Shown here: piece after piece, positions 19,075-28,816 of the stretch
How positions within the stretch are numbered: the first letter of the stretch is position 1
How the letters are laid out: each line of letters starts with the position of its first letter
Assembly: GCA_965246885.1 (NCBI GenBank)
Contig: OZ251992.1
Span: forward strand, 1,952,001-2,016,000
Direction: 5' to 3'
Origin: Abditibacterium sp.
GTDB lineage: Bacteria > Armatimonadota > Abditibacteriia > Abditibacteriales > Abditibacteriaceae
DNA: 64,000 nucleotides
Program-made: the position numbers and the translations under genes
The notes under the pieces: generated by a model
What the model saw: only the letters and a program-made list of their open reading frames with translations
Databases searched by the model: none
What the model was told of the DNA's origin: nothing

Positions 19075-19983
19075 ATGCCAGAACCACTGCTTTCCGTGCG
19101 CGATTTGCAAACGCGCTTTTTTACCGACGACGGCGCCATAGATGCCGTAGACCACGTGTCGTTCGACCTCGCCCCGCGCGAGATTTTGGGGGTCGTCGGG
19201 GAGTCGGGGTCGGGCAAGTCGGTGACTTCCTTGTCCATCCTACGCCTCGTGAGTGCTCCGGGGAAGATTGTCGGGGGACAAATCTTGTGGAAGGGGGTAG
19301 ACTTGCTGCGCAAGTCCGAAGCGGAGATGCGCAAGATACGCGGTGACGACATCGCCATGATCTTTCAGGAGCCGATGACGAGCCTTAATCCGCTTTACAC
19401 GGTCGGCAACCACATCGAAGAAGCGCTTGCCTTGCACCAAGGGCTACACGGACAGGCGGCCCGCGCGCGCGCCATCGCCGCTTTGGAAGAAGTCGGCATC
19501 CGCGAAGCCCCGCAACGCTACAGTTCGTATCCGCACCAACTGTCCGGCGGTATGCGCCAGCGCGTGATGATCGCTGTCGCCCTCTCGTGCAACCCCGACT
19601 TGCTCATCGCGGACGAGCCGACGACCGCCTTGGACGTGACCGTGCAGGCCCGCATCCTCGACCTTATGCTCCAATTGCGCGACGAAAAGCGCATGGCCAT
19701 TCTGCTCATCACCCACAACATGGGCTTGGTCGCTCGAATGTGCGACCGCGTCGTCGTGATGCACCGGGGCAAAATCGTCGAATCCGCGAGTGTGCAAGAC
19801 ATCTTCGCCTCTCCCAAGCACCCCTACACCCGCGACCTGTTGCTTTCTATCCCGACGCTCGATTCCGCGCCCAAAACCCGCTTGGCCACCGTCCAATGGC
19901 ACCCCACTCCCGAACAAGACGCGCACGCAAACTTAGTCGAGATCGCCCCCGGTCACACCGTCAGCGCGTGGGCTGCCGCTTAG
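19075..19983 (+). CDS. Oligopeptide/dipeptide ABC transporter ATP-binding protein (OppD/DppD-like)
   Basis: GESGSGKS, LSGGMRQR, IADEPTTALDV and PKHPYT. Confidence 0.93.
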   Translation: MPEPLLSVRDLQTRFFTDDGAIDAVDHVSFDLAPREILGVVGESGSGKSVTSLSILRLVSAPGKIVGGQILWKGVDLLRKSEAEMRKIRGDDIAMIFQEPMTSLNPLYTVGNHIEEALALHQGLHGQAARARAIAALEEVGIREAPQRYSSYPHQLSGGMRQRVMIAVALSCNPDLLIADEPTTALDVTVQARILDLMLQLRDEKRMAILLITHNMGLVARMCDRVVVMHRGKIVESASVQDIFASPKHPYTRDLLLSIPTLDSAPKTRLATVQWHPTPEQDAHANLVEIAPGHTVSAWAAA

Positions 19984-20001
19984 GATTGCGCTCTTCCTTC
20001 C

Positions 20002-20811
20002 ATGCAACCTCTCATTCAAGTTTCAAATCTCGTCAAGCACTTTCCCACCAAAAGCGGCATGGGCCAAAGCGCGGGCGTTGTCAAGGCCGTTGACGACGTG
20101 TCGTTCGACATCCAACCCGGTGAGGTGCTGGGATTAGTCGGCGAATCGGGGAGCGGCAAATCCACGACGGGGCGGCTCATCTTGCGACTTCTGGACGCGA
20201 CATCGGGGCGCGTGACCTATGACGGGCGCGCGGTGTTTGGCTTATCTAAGCCCGACATGCGCGAACTGCGCAAGCAGATGCAAATCGTGTTTCAAGACCC
20301 CTACGGCGCGTTCAACCCGCGCATGACCGTCGGCGCCATCATCGGCGAAGCGCTCGAACTGCGCGGCGTCGCGGGTGGCGAAAGCCGCCGCGCGGTGGTG
20401 GGGCGCTTCTTGGAAATGGTGCAAATGCCCGCATCGGTCGCCTCGCGCTACCCGCACGAGTTTTCGGGAGGGCAACGTCAGCGCATTGGCATCGCGCGCG
20501 CCTTGGCCGTTGAGCCAAAATTCATCGTCGCCGATGAACCCGTATCGGCGCTTGATGTCTCAACCCAAGCGGAAATTGTCAACCTGCTCCTCGATTTACA
20601 AGCGCGGTTGAACCTTACCATGCTGTTCATCTCGCACGACCTCAGTGTCGTCAAGGTTTTGTGCGACCGCGTGGCGGTCATGCAACACGGGAAATTAGTC
20701 GAAGTCGGCGACGCAAAGCAAATCTTCGGCGCCCCGCAGATGGACTACACCCGCGAATTGCTCGCCGCCGTGCCGATTCCCGACCCCGCCCGCGCCCGCC
20801 GCGCCGCCTGA
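20002..20811 (+). CDS. Oligopeptide/dipeptide ABC transporter ATP-binding protein (OppF/DppF-like)
   Basis: GESGSGKST, FSGGQRQR and ADEPVSALDVS. Confidence 0.93.
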   Translation: MQPLIQVSNLVKHFPTKSGMGQSAGVVKAVDDVSFDIQPGEVLGLVGESGSGKSTTGRLILRLLDATSGRVTYDGRAVFGLSKPDMRELRKQMQIVFQDPYGAFNPRMTVGAIIGEALELRGVAGGESRRAVVGRFLEMVQMPASVASRYPHEFSGGQRQRIGIARALAVEPKFIVADEPVSALDVSTQAEIVNLLLDLQARLNLTMLFISHDLSVVKVLCDRVAVMQHGKLVEVGDAKQIFGAPQMDYTRELLAAVPIPDPARARRAA

Positions 20812-20823
20812 CGGAATCGGTTC

Positions 20824-20967
20824 GCCGGGTTAACTCTGTCATCCGCGCGCCTAATTCTTTCGTCGGCGCGCTTAATTCTTCCGCCCGCGCGCCTAATTCT
20901 TTAATCCGCGCGCTTAATTCTTGGGCCAGTTAGTTAATTCTTCCATCGGCGCGCTTAATTTCTTCGT
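20824..20967. repeat. Degenerate intergenic tandem repeat, about 7 x 21 bp
   Basis: TAATT/TAACT core at 20831, 20852, 20873, 20894, 20915, 20935 and 20956, usually preceded by GCGCGC. Confidence 0.85.
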
Positions 20968-21091
20968 CGCTGTGCCTGCGGGAGCCGTTCATCTGACTGC
21001 GCCAACTAAAGCCGCACGCCGCAATTTTTTCTGGTTGATGAACTCAATCTGTGACGGGCTATACTGCGTGAGTGACAGGGAGAAAACAACC

Positions 21092-21658
21092 ATGAGCATT
21101 TCAAATTGGATGAGTTGGGAAGGTGGCGTGGATTTGGCGGCGATGACGACCGGAGAGGCGACACCTAATATCATCGTTCACCTCGCCCGCACCGTTTACA
21201 CCCCGTTCGGGCATTGCGCGGCGGGGCTTTTGCTGATTCCCGATTTCGCTGACCCCACCAAGCCCCCGAAGTTTATGGGCTTCGTCGCAGAAAATACGTC
21301 CATTGGCGACTATTTCGGCCCGCACATTTTCGCCGGGACGGCCTTCGAGCAAGCTCCCGTCACCCAAGCCACGCCCTATTTCTCGTTCAACGACGCGAGC
21401 ACAACGGCTTCCATCGAAATTCCCGGCTTAAACCTGTCCATTCAAGTGATCATGTCGCGCCTGTCGGCGCCGTACAAAGTAGACCGCGACGCGGGCGAGA
21501 ACAACACGCTGCCTTTTTTCCAACAGGGCATCGAACAAAGCGCCGCGCAAGTCGAACTGCGCATCAACGGCACGGTGCAACCCATTACCCTCCCGCGCAT
21601 CGGCATCACGGGCGGCCCTCCTGCCGTTGTTGCGCCGTGCGGAATTTACGGGCGCTAA
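21092..21658 (+). CDS. Hypothetical protein (beta-rich)
   Basis: ATG with a GGGAGA RBS; coding-like composition. The upstream ORF extension runs through the tandem repeat. Confidence 0.75.
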   Translation: MSISNWMSWEGGVDLAAMTTGEATPNIIVHLARTVYTPFGHCAAGLLLIPDFADPTKPPKFMGFVAENTSIGDYFGPHIFAGTAFEQAPVTQATPYFSFNDASTTASIEIPGLNLSIQVIMSRLSAPYKVDRDAGENNTLPFFQQGIEQSAAQVELRINGTVQPITLPRIGITGGPPAVVAPCGIYGR

Positions 21659-21692
21659 CTTGGGCGCGGTGTGTTGAACTGGGCTGTCACAC

Positions 21693-22580
21693 ATGAAATC
21701 CGGTTTTTGCACGCTCTGGGGGCGCCCCAATACGGGGAAGTCCACGCTCCTCAACGCCTTGCTGGGGCGCAAGCACGTTATCACCAGCCCCCGTCCGCAA
21801 ACGACGCGGCACCGCATCGCGGGCGTTTTGCACGGGCCAGACGAGGCGTTTCAGATCGTTTTCCTCGATACCCCCGGCATCCACGAGCCGGGCAACAAGC
21901 TGGGCGAAACGCTCGTGCAAAACGCCCGCTCCGCCTTGGCCGATGTCGAGTGCGTCGTGGTGGTGGTGGACGCGACCGAAGTGCCGCATCCCGACGACCG
22001 CTTGGCCGTCGAAGGGTTAAAGCGCGTCAAGGCTCCGGTCATCCTCGCGCTCAACAAGCGCGACGCGGCCAAGGATATGGAAGGCGTGCGCGGCGCCTTC
22101 AAAAAGCTGCGCGCTTTCGATGCCGTCGTCGAAATCTCGGCCTTGACAGGCGCGGGGTTGGACGACCTCAAGCGCGAAATCGTCGCCGTGTTCCCGGAAG
22201 GCGAGCCGTATTTCCCGCCCGAAATGAACGGCGACCGCTCGCCGGAGTTCCACGTCGAAGAACTCATCCGCGAACAGGCGCTCTTGCAACTGCGCGCCGA
22301 AATCCCGCACGCCGTCGCGGTTGCCGTCGAGCAAATGGCGCCGCGCCCGAACGACCGCCTCTTTATTGAGGCAGTTATCTACGTGGAGCGCGAATCGCAA
22401 AAGAAAATCGTGGTCGGCGAAGGCGGCGCGCGCGTCAAAGAAATCGGCCTCAAAGCGCGCGCGGAAATCGAGAGTTGGCTGGGTAAGGGCGTTTATCTCG
22501 AAGTGCGCGTCAAAGTGCGCGACAAATGGCGCGACGACGACCTGTGGCTCGCGCGCTTCGGCATCGCCGAGCGGGGCTGA
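21693..22580 (+). CDS. era: GTPase Era
   Basis: GRPNTGKSTL, PQTTR, DTPG, NKRD and a KH domain (VERESQKKIVVGEGG). Confidence 0.97.
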   Translation: MKSGFCTLWGRPNTGKSTLLNALLGRKHVITSPRPQTTRHRIAGVLHGPDEAFQIVFLDTPGIHEPGNKLGETLVQNARSALADVECVVVVVDATEVPHPDDRLAVEGLKRVKAPVILALNKRDAAKDMEGVRGAFKKLRAFDAVVEISALTGAGLDDLKREIVAVFPEGEPYFPPEMNGDRSPEFHVEELIREQALLQLRAEIPHAVAVAVEQMAPRPNDRLFIEAVIYVERESQKKIVVGEGGARVKEIGLKARAEIESWLGKGVYLEVRVKVRDKWRDDDLWLARFGIAERG

Positions 22581-22589
22581 TGCTCTCTT

Positions 22590-23351
22590 ATGAAAACCAA
22601 AATCGCGCTCATCACTGGCGCTTCGTCCGGTATCGGCTTGGAGTTGGCGCGCTTGTTCGCGGGCGGCGGCTGGGAGTTACACTTGGTCGCGCGTCGGCGC
22701 GACCTGCTCGAAGAGTTGGCCGCCGAACTGAAGACGCCCACCACCATTCACGCCGTTGACCTGACCGATGCCGCCGCGCGGGAGGAGTTAATCGCATCGC
22801 TGCAAGGCGTCGAAGTTTCGGCTCTGGTCAACAACGCCGGGTTTGGCGATTACGCGCCGTTCGCGCAAACCGAATGGCCCAAGATGCAGGCGCTGTTGCG
22901 GCTGAACATCGAAGCTCTGACCCACCTGACGCACGCCTTTTTGCCGGGGATGATTGAGCGGCGACGCGGCAAAATCCTCAACCTCGGCTCGACCGCCGCC
23001 TTCTTTCCCGGCCCGACGATGGCGACTTACTACGCGAGCAAAGCGTTCGTCTTGTCGTTCTCGGAAGCGTTGGCGACGGAGTTGGAAGGGACTGGCGTGA
23101 CTGTAACCTGCCTTTGCCCCGGCGCGACCAAGTCGGAGTTTCAAGCGCGCTCCGGTTTGGGCGCCTCCAAACTCATGGATTCGGCGCTGATGAGTTCTCC
23201 TGACGTGGCTCGCGCCGGATACCAAGCGACCCTGCGGGGCCAGCGCCTCGTCATTCCCGGTCGGATGAACGCCTTTTTGACGCTGCTCCCGCGCATCCTG
23301 CCGCGTCAAACTACGGCCCGCATCGTGCGCAATATCCAAGCACCCAAATAA
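22590..23351 (+). CDS. Short-chain dehydrogenase/reductase
   Basis: TGASSGIG, NNAG and YYASK. Confidence 0.92.
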   Translation: MKTKIALITGASSGIGLELARLFAGGGWELHLVARRRDLLEELAAELKTPTTIHAVDLTDAAAREELIASLQGVEVSALVNNAGFGDYAPFAQTEWPKMQALLRLNIEALTHLTHAFLPGMIERRRGKILNLGSTAAFFPGPTMATYYASKAFVLSFSEALATELEGTGVTVTCLCPGATKSEFQARSGLGASKLMDSALMSSPDVARAGYQATLRGQRLVIPGRMNAFLTLLPRILPRQTTARIVRNIQAPK

Positions 23352-23888
23352 ATGAACACCCTTCCTTTGCGCCTCGCCGCTCTGTCTTTGATTCTGCTCC
23401 CGGTCGCGTTTATCGCCCAAGCCAAAACGCGCACGCCCGCGCCGGGGCCAACGCGCGCCCCAATTCGCACGCCCAAACCCACCCGCGCGCCCCGTCCAAC
23501 CCGCACCCCGCGCCCGACATCCACCCCCCGCCCGACACCCACCCCGACGCGACTCCCCATTCCCGTGTCGGCGACGGATGGCGACAACGGCAAAACCCTC
23601 TTCGTCGCGCGCGGCGGAGTGATCGAACTCCGACTAGAGTCCAACCCCTCGACGGGCTATGCATGGCACGTCGTTTCCCATACCAACCTCCAACCGGAAG
23701 GCGAGCCAACTTATGAAGCCACGCCCGTTGCGGCGGGGACAGTCGGGAGCGGCGGTTTCGCGGTCTACCACTTCCGTGCGGTACGGGCCGGGCGCGGCAG
23801 CCTCGCGCTTGACCTCCGCTCTCCCGCTTTTAAAGCGGGGGACAAACCCGCGCAAACCTTCCGCGCAACGGTGCAGGTCTTGAAGTAA
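23352..23888 (+). CDS. Secreted chagasin-like protease inhibitor I42 with Pro/Thr/Arg linker
   Basis: Signal peptide, LESNPSTGYAW and VGSGG motifs. Confidence 0.85.
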   Translation: MNTLPLRLAALSLILLPVAFIAQAKTRTPAPGPTRAPIRTPKPTRAPRPTRTPRPTSTPRPTPTPTRLPIPVSATDGDNGKTLFVARGGVIELRLESNPSTGYAWHVVSHTNLQPEGEPTYEATPVAAGTVGSGGFAVYHFRAVRAGRGSLALDLRSPAFKAGDKPAQTFRATVQVLK

Positions 23889-23896
23889 CTGTCGCC

Positions 23897-25120
23897 TTAA
23901 CCCGGTTGCAGGGGTGAGTTTATGGTGGTCGCGGCCTGTTGCGCGGCCCGCCAGAACTGCCGGTAGCGCGGCACGACTACCAGTTGCACGACGGCCCACA
24001 GCGCCGCGATGTCCGCCGCGAAGAAGGCGACGTTGTGTGTGGCAGTCGAGGCGTAGAGTAGGGGCGCCCACGAAAGGTGCGCGAGGGTAATGACGTTGTT
24101 AGCGCCCAGCCGCGACCAATGCAAGGAGCGAAAGGGCGGCTTCACATGGATGGTGTCAACCGCGCACTTGACCGCGAAGCCCAAGACGCCAACGCCCAGC
24201 GCGACGGCGCCGCCAACGAGAGTCCAGTTGGGCGGCGCCGGGGGAGTCGGGACGGCGAAGTGCGGCGGGTGCAGGGCTTGGGAGTAGGTGACGGCGCCCA
24301 ACCACACCGTCATCGTTTGCAAGATGAGGAAGTAGCCCTGCATTGACCAAACCGCCTTGCGCGCGGTGGCCGCCAGCAGTGTGGCGTCCGAGGGGAGCGG
24401 CGCTTCTTGCAGTGTTTTGGTCGCTCTGTCCTTCGCCGACAAGCCCTTTTCTTGAGTGTCTATCTTATTCTGCGCCACCATGAAGCCAATAAGCGCCCCC
24501 ATCAATCCGAGAGCAGTGACGCCCCAACCTAACGTGACCACCAGCATGTTGAGGTCGAAGCTGTGTCCCGCAGTGGAGGGATTGGACACCGTCTGTATGC
24601 GCTTCTCGTAGCCGTATTTGCGCGAGGAGATGCTCATTAGTACACCGTGCCAAAACAGGGCGTCAACGGGGACTGGGATGTCGTTGTTCCAATTCATGTT
24701 GTCCGTTGCGTAGCCAACAGCTTCTGGATTCCCTGAAGCCTCGTGCTTACTTTCGTATCCGAGAGTTTGGTTTCCAATGTCCAGCCGATACCGCCAATAC
24801 GCGCCATCGTGATAGGGGTTGGAGTGAGTGATCCGCACGACACCGGGGTATACCTTGCACACATCTTGTCCGACCTTGGCGTGGGCGAAGAAGGCCGAAT
24901 TGCCCTGCACTGGATGCGCGCAGTCCCGCTCGAACTGCGCCAATCGCGGGGCGTCACGCCGCATTTGAAGATATTCGGGAGCGGAGGTGGAAGCGAACAA
25001 GAACACGTTCAACAAGCAACCAATCGCGAAGCCGATGAACGTTCCTCTGAGAAGCCGCCACCGTTTCTCCCCGTCGGGAACGCTGCGCAGAAGTGGGGCG
25101 GAAGTGGGCGCGGGCTTCAT
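23897..25120 (-). CDS. Hypothetical multi-pass membrane protein with an extracytoplasmic domain
   Basis: 407-aa ORF with an N-terminal TM, a soluble domain and about 5 further TM segments. Confidence 0.7.
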   Translation of the reverse strand: MKPAPTSAPLLRSVPDGEKRWRLLRGTFIGFAIGCLLNVFLFASTSAPEYLQMRRDAPRLAQFERDCAHPVQGNSAFFAHAKVGQDVCKVYPGVVRITHSNPYHDGAYWRYRLDIGNQTLGYESKHEASGNPEAVGYATDNMNWNNDIPVPVDALFWHGVLMSISSRKYGYEKRIQTVSNPSTAGHSFDLNMLVVTLGWGVTALGLMGALIGFMVAQNKIDTQEKGLSAKDRATKTLQEAPLPSDATLLAATARKAVWSMQGYFLILQTMTVWLGAVTYSQALHPPHFAVPTPPAPPNWTLVGGAVALGVGVLGFAVKCAVDTIHVKPPFRSLHWSRLGANNVITLAHLSWAPLLYASTATHNVAFFAADIAALWAVVQLVVVPRYRQFWRAAQQAATTINSPLQPG

Positions 25121-25140
25121 GGTCGCCAGTATGACGCCCT

Positions 25141-25755
25141 TTAAGGAAGCAAGGCCGCGACGGGGATGACGACGTGCGGCAGTTCGAGCGGCCCCGCGCT
25201 CAAGGCGCGATTGAGGATTTCAAGCGAAGCGTAGCCCGCGCCGTGTCGTTGCGAAGTCATCGGTTGCGGGTTGCGGCGCACTTCAAGGCACTCGTCGCGC
25301 AGGTTCAACACCCAATACTCGCGCACGCCGAGCTTGGCATAAAACGAGGCTTTGTCGCCCCGGTTGTAAGCGAGGGTTTCGAGAGACACCTCGACCACCA
25401 GAATCGGGCACATCGGCCCCTCGGCCAAAATGTCGTTCCAATCGCCGCGAAAAACGGCGATGTCGGGTTCGGGGCGCGAACGCTCGTTGGAATAAAGCGT
25501 GCCCTGATTGGTTATGACGTAGGCGTTTTTGGGGAAGCATTCCCGAAGCAAGTCATACGTCTTCCCAACGCCAACCATGTGTTTGCCGGTGTGTGCGTTC
25601 AATTCGTTGATTTCTCCTTCGACTAACTCCACTCGATGCCCTTCAAATAAGCCCATTTCGCAAGCGCGCATATAGGTTTCGGCATCCCACAGGAATCGGT
25701 GAGCCGAAGAATCGCCGTTGTTCGCGGGCGGCGCGAGTTGTTCGGTTGTCTGCAT
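25141..25755 (-). CDS. Uma2 family PD-(D/E)xK endonuclease
   Basis: RVELVEGEI, PEPDIAV, LVVEVS and KASFYAKLGVREYWVLNL. Confidence 0.9.
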   Translation of the reverse strand: MQTTEQLAPPANNGDSSAHRFLWDAETYMRACEMGLFEGHRVELVEGEINELNAHTGKHMVGVGKTYDLLRECFPKNAYVITNQGTLYSNERSRPEPDIAVFRGDWNDILAEGPMCPILVVEVSLETLAYNRGDKASFYAKLGVREYWVLNLRDECLEVRRNPQPMTSQRHGAGYASLEILNRALSAGPLELPHVVIPVAALLP

Positions 25756-25776
25756 TGCGTCTCCTTTCCTCGAAGT

Positions 25777-26400
25777 TTAGGCTTTCTCCGGTGCGAAGTT
25801 GTTCAACCGTTGTATAACCTGTTCGAACTCAGCAATTGCGTAATCCCAAGGCGAAGCGGAAGAAAGCGGCGGGACTTCTTTTCTTTGGTGGTGCGCCTCT
25901 ATTTTGGCCGCGTGTTGCGCCAACGGCACGAGATAATCGGCGGCGTGTTGAGTGCCAAGTTTCGCGTCAAGGTGACAGAGCGCGCCTACTGTCCACTCTT
26001 CGCCGATGCTCCACTGGCTTCGGAGTGTCGCGTTGAGGTAGCCGCGCAAACACGCCGCGCCGTAGTGCGTGCCAAAACGCGCCATAGATAAACCCTGCAA
26101 ACGGCAAATGTTGGCGCGCTTTACGAGCGTTCGCCCGATTTGAATATCGAACTCGCTCCAATTCTTAAGCGCCGCGAACCAGCCGCCGCACTCGAAGACG
26201 CGCCAGTTGTCGTCATAGAGCAACTCTTCCACTACTTCTGGCGTAATCTCATCCAGCGCCTCGCACAATTGGGCCTTAAAGCCCGGCTGGATTTTCTCGT
26301 AGTCTGGCCCCAGAAAGTTGCCGTGCAAAAAGCTCAGGTAAAACGGAGCCGCCCATCGGCGCAAATCGACTTCTTGCATCTCGAAGAGAGGGCAAAGCAA
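25777..26400 (-). CDS. DUF6000-like hypothetical protein
   Basis: RRWAAPFYLSFL, NWR...GWF and GALCHLD pattern; start uncertain (possibly ATG 26379). Confidence 0.65.
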   Translation of the reverse strand: MLCPLFEMQEVDLRRWAAPFYLSFLHGNFLGPDYEKIQPGFKAQLCEALDEITPEVVEELLYDDNWRVFECGGWFAALKNWSEFDIQIGRTLVKRANICRLQGLSMARFGTHYGAACLRGYLNATLRSQWSIGEEWTVGALCHLDAKLGTQHAADYLVPLAQHAAKIEAHHQRKEVPPLSSASPWDYAIAEFEQVIQRLNNFAPEKA

Positions 26401-26418
26401 CTCGCTTCGCCGATGGTT

Positions 26419-27765
26419 CTACGCCTCCAACCGATCCAACAAATACCGCTCCACGCCGTCGAGCGAGACGCGCTCTTGGGCCATCGTGTCGCGGTCGCGC
26501 ACGGTGACGGCTTGGTCGGCTTCGATGGTCTCGAAGTCCACCGTGACGCAGAACGGGGTGCCGATTTCGTCTTGGCGGCGGTAGAGCTTGCCAATGGCGC
26601 CGGTGTCGTCATACACGGCGTCGGTCTTTTTTAAGAGGGACTTTTGCAGCCGCTTGGCGACTTCGACGATGCGCGGCTCGTTCTTTTTGAGCGGCAACAC
26701 GGCGACTTTGACGGGCGCCAGCTTCGGCGAGAACTTGAGCACCACGCGCGTGTCGCCGGGTTTGACTTCTTCGAGGTTGTAAGCGTCCACCAGAAACGCG
26801 AGCGTGGCGCGGTCGGCTCCGGCGCTCGGCTCGATGACGTGCGGCACGATATGTTCCTTGGTTTCGGGGTCAAAGTAGGTCAGCTTTTGCCCCGAATACT
26901 TCGCGTGCTGCGAGAGGTCGTAGTCGCTCCGGTTGGCGATGCCTTCCAACTCCGCCGGTTCGTCCATGAAGGGAAAGGTGTATTCGATGTCCGTCGTGCC
27001 CTTGGAATAGTGCGCGAGTCCCTCGACGGGGTGAACGTGAAGCGACAACTTTTCGCGCGTCATGCCCATGTCCAGATACCACTGAAAGCGCGTGGCGATC
27101 CACTCGTGATAGAGCCGCTCGGCGTCTTCGGGGCGGCAGAAATACTCGATCTCCATTTGCTCGAACTCGCGCGTGCGAAAGGTGAAGTTGCCGGGCGTGA
27201 TCTCGTTGCGAAACGCCTTGCCGATTTGCGCGATGCCAAAGGGCAGCTTCTTGGCCGTCGCGGTTTGCACGTTTTTGAAGTTGACGAAGATGCCCTGCGC
27301 CGTTTCGGGCCGCAGGAACGCCATGTTCGAGCCGTCCTCCTTCTCGACCGGCCCCACCGCCGTCTTAAACATCATGTTGAACTGCCGCGCCTCGGTGAGT
27401 TCGCACGCCGAAAACTGCCCCGCCATCATCGAAGGCTTGTTCGGGCACGGCGACGACGCGAGGTGATCTTCCCGAAAGCGCCCCTTGCACGTTTTGCAAT
27501 CCACGAGCGGATCGTTAAACGTCGCCACGTGCCCCGACGCTTCCCACACCTTCGGGTGCATCAAAATCGCGGCGTCCAGCCCGACCATATCATCGCGCTG
27601 CCGCACGACCGCATCCCACCACGCCTGCTTGACGTTGCGCTTGAGTTCCACGCCGAGCGGCCCATAATCCCACGTCGAAGCGAAGCCGCCGTAAATCTCA
27701 CTCGATTGAAAAATAAACCCCCGCCGCTTGCACAGCGACACGATCTCATCCATTGAAACGCTCAT
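26419..27765 (-). CDS. glyQS: Glycine--tRNA ligase (homodimeric type)
   Basis: LCKRRGFIFQSSEIYGG, LRPETAQGIF, FRNEITPGNF and anticodon domain IGKLYRRQDEIGTP. Confidence 0.97.
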   Translation of the reverse strand: MSVSMDEIVSLCKRRGFIFQSSEIYGGFASTWDYGPLGVELKRNVKQAWWDAVVRQRDDMVGLDAAILMHPKVWEASGHVATFNDPLVDCKTCKGRFREDHLASSPCPNKPSMMAGQFSACELTEARQFNMMFKTAVGPVEKEDGSNMAFLRPETAQGIFVNFKNVQTATAKKLPFGIAQIGKAFRNEITPGNFTFRTREFEQMEIEYFCRPEDAERLYHEWIATRFQWYLDMGMTREKLSLHVHPVEGLAHYSKGTTDIEYTFPFMDEPAELEGIANRSDYDLSQHAKYSGQKLTYFDPETKEHIVPHVIEPSAGADRATLAFLVDAYNLEEVKPGDTRVVLKFSPKLAPVKVAVLPLKKNEPRIVEVAKRLQKSLLKKTDAVYDDTGAIGKLYRRQDEIGTPFCVTVDFETIEADQAVTVRDRDTMAQERVSLDGVERYLLDRLEA

Positions 27766-27823
27766 TGCGGGTAAAGGTTAGCGCAAGGCGGGGCCAGCTT
27801 GATGCCCTTTTTGGCCCGAGTCG

Positions 27824-28816
27824 TCAGCGCGGGGGCAACTTAACCGAAAAGGGAATGGGCCAACCGCCGTTGATGAAGGCTTTGCCGTGCAAAGTGAGCG
27901 GTTGGCGCAGCGCGAGGGTGCGGTCTATTTCAACCATCATTACGCGCGCGGACTGAGTGGGGGTGTTCGGGAATTTGTCGTCGTCCCCACGCCAAGCGAG
28001 AGTAACTTTGGTTTGGTCGAATTTAACGACGTTCCTTGTGGCGTCGAGCAGTTCCACATAGGAATCGCTGAGCGAGAGGTCAGTCGGTTTGCCATCGGCG
28101 CGGGCCGGATGCGAAAAGCGAACCGTCACGACGCATTGGTCTACTGGTGGCTTGGTGTAAAATAGCGCCTCGAACGGCGCCGCGCGCGCGAAGATGAGAC
28201 TCCCGTTTGTGTTGCGGCTATGGTTGAAGACAAGATGCTCGCCCGCCGCCCGAACCACGCGCGTGATCCGCACTGGCCCTTGGCCGTTGACGAAATAAAT
28301 GCCGTGAAACGTGAGCGCGCCATAGCTCATCGGCACCTTTTCCAGATCGAGCGAGTGAGTGAAAACACAATCCCCATTCCCCCACTGACCATAGCCGGAA
28401 TAGTGGGTCTTTTGTGCGAGCGCGATGCGCTTTCGCTGGCCGTTTGATTGGTAAGTGAGCGCGCCGCCCGACGCGAGAAAGGCAAATTGGTCTCGTCTCA
28501 TCAACGGGTATGGATTGTTCTGCGATGGTTGTGGATGAGGGGCCAACGGGTTCAAGACGCTGTTGCTTTCATAGCCGCGCCCCCACCATTTCGGGCGCGG
28601 CCAAGGATGGGTAATGGAAACGGTGAGGGTGTGGCTCCTGCCTTCAAAGACCGAGTAGGCGCTGTTGGGCGTGACTGCAACCGACGACACGAACAGTTCG
28701 TTCGACTGCGGCGACGACACTTGCTCGACCCGCCATTGATACCACGCAAAGCCGCCCAACCCCAACGCGGGCAACAGGACGAAGGCGATTTCGCGGGCCT
28801 TGAGCGGGCGTTTCAT
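27824..28816 (-). CDS. Hypothetical membrane-anchored exported protein
   Basis: N-terminal TM (REIAFVLLPALGLGGFAWYQW); ATGA overlap with the upstream gene. Confidence 0.7.
   Translation of the reverse strand: MKRPLKAREIAFVLLPALGLGGFAWYQWRVEQVSSPQSNELFVSSVAVTPNSAYSVFEGRSHTLTVSITHPWPRPKWWGRGYESNSVLNPLAPHPQPSQNNPYPLMRRDQFAFLASGGALTYQSNGQRKRIALAQKTHYSGYGQWGNGDCVFTHSLDLEKVPMSYGALTFHGIYFVNGQGPVRITRVVRAAGEHLVFNHSRNTNGSLIFARAAPFEALFYTKPPVDQCVVTVRFSHPARADGKPTDLSLSDSYVELLDATRNVVKFDQTKVTLAWRGDDDKFPNTPTQSARVMMVEIDRTLALRQPLTLHGKAFINGGWPIPFSVKLPPR

Noticed and set aside
20824..20967. Possible CRISPR mini-array (also considered for the other 21-bp arrays)
   Set aside because: Period is only 21 bp with about 6 variable nt, repeats are degenerate, and there are no cas genes in the window.
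23430..23560. Short periodic repeats in the chagasin-like gene
   Set aside because: Explained by the coding Pro/Thr/Arg linker.
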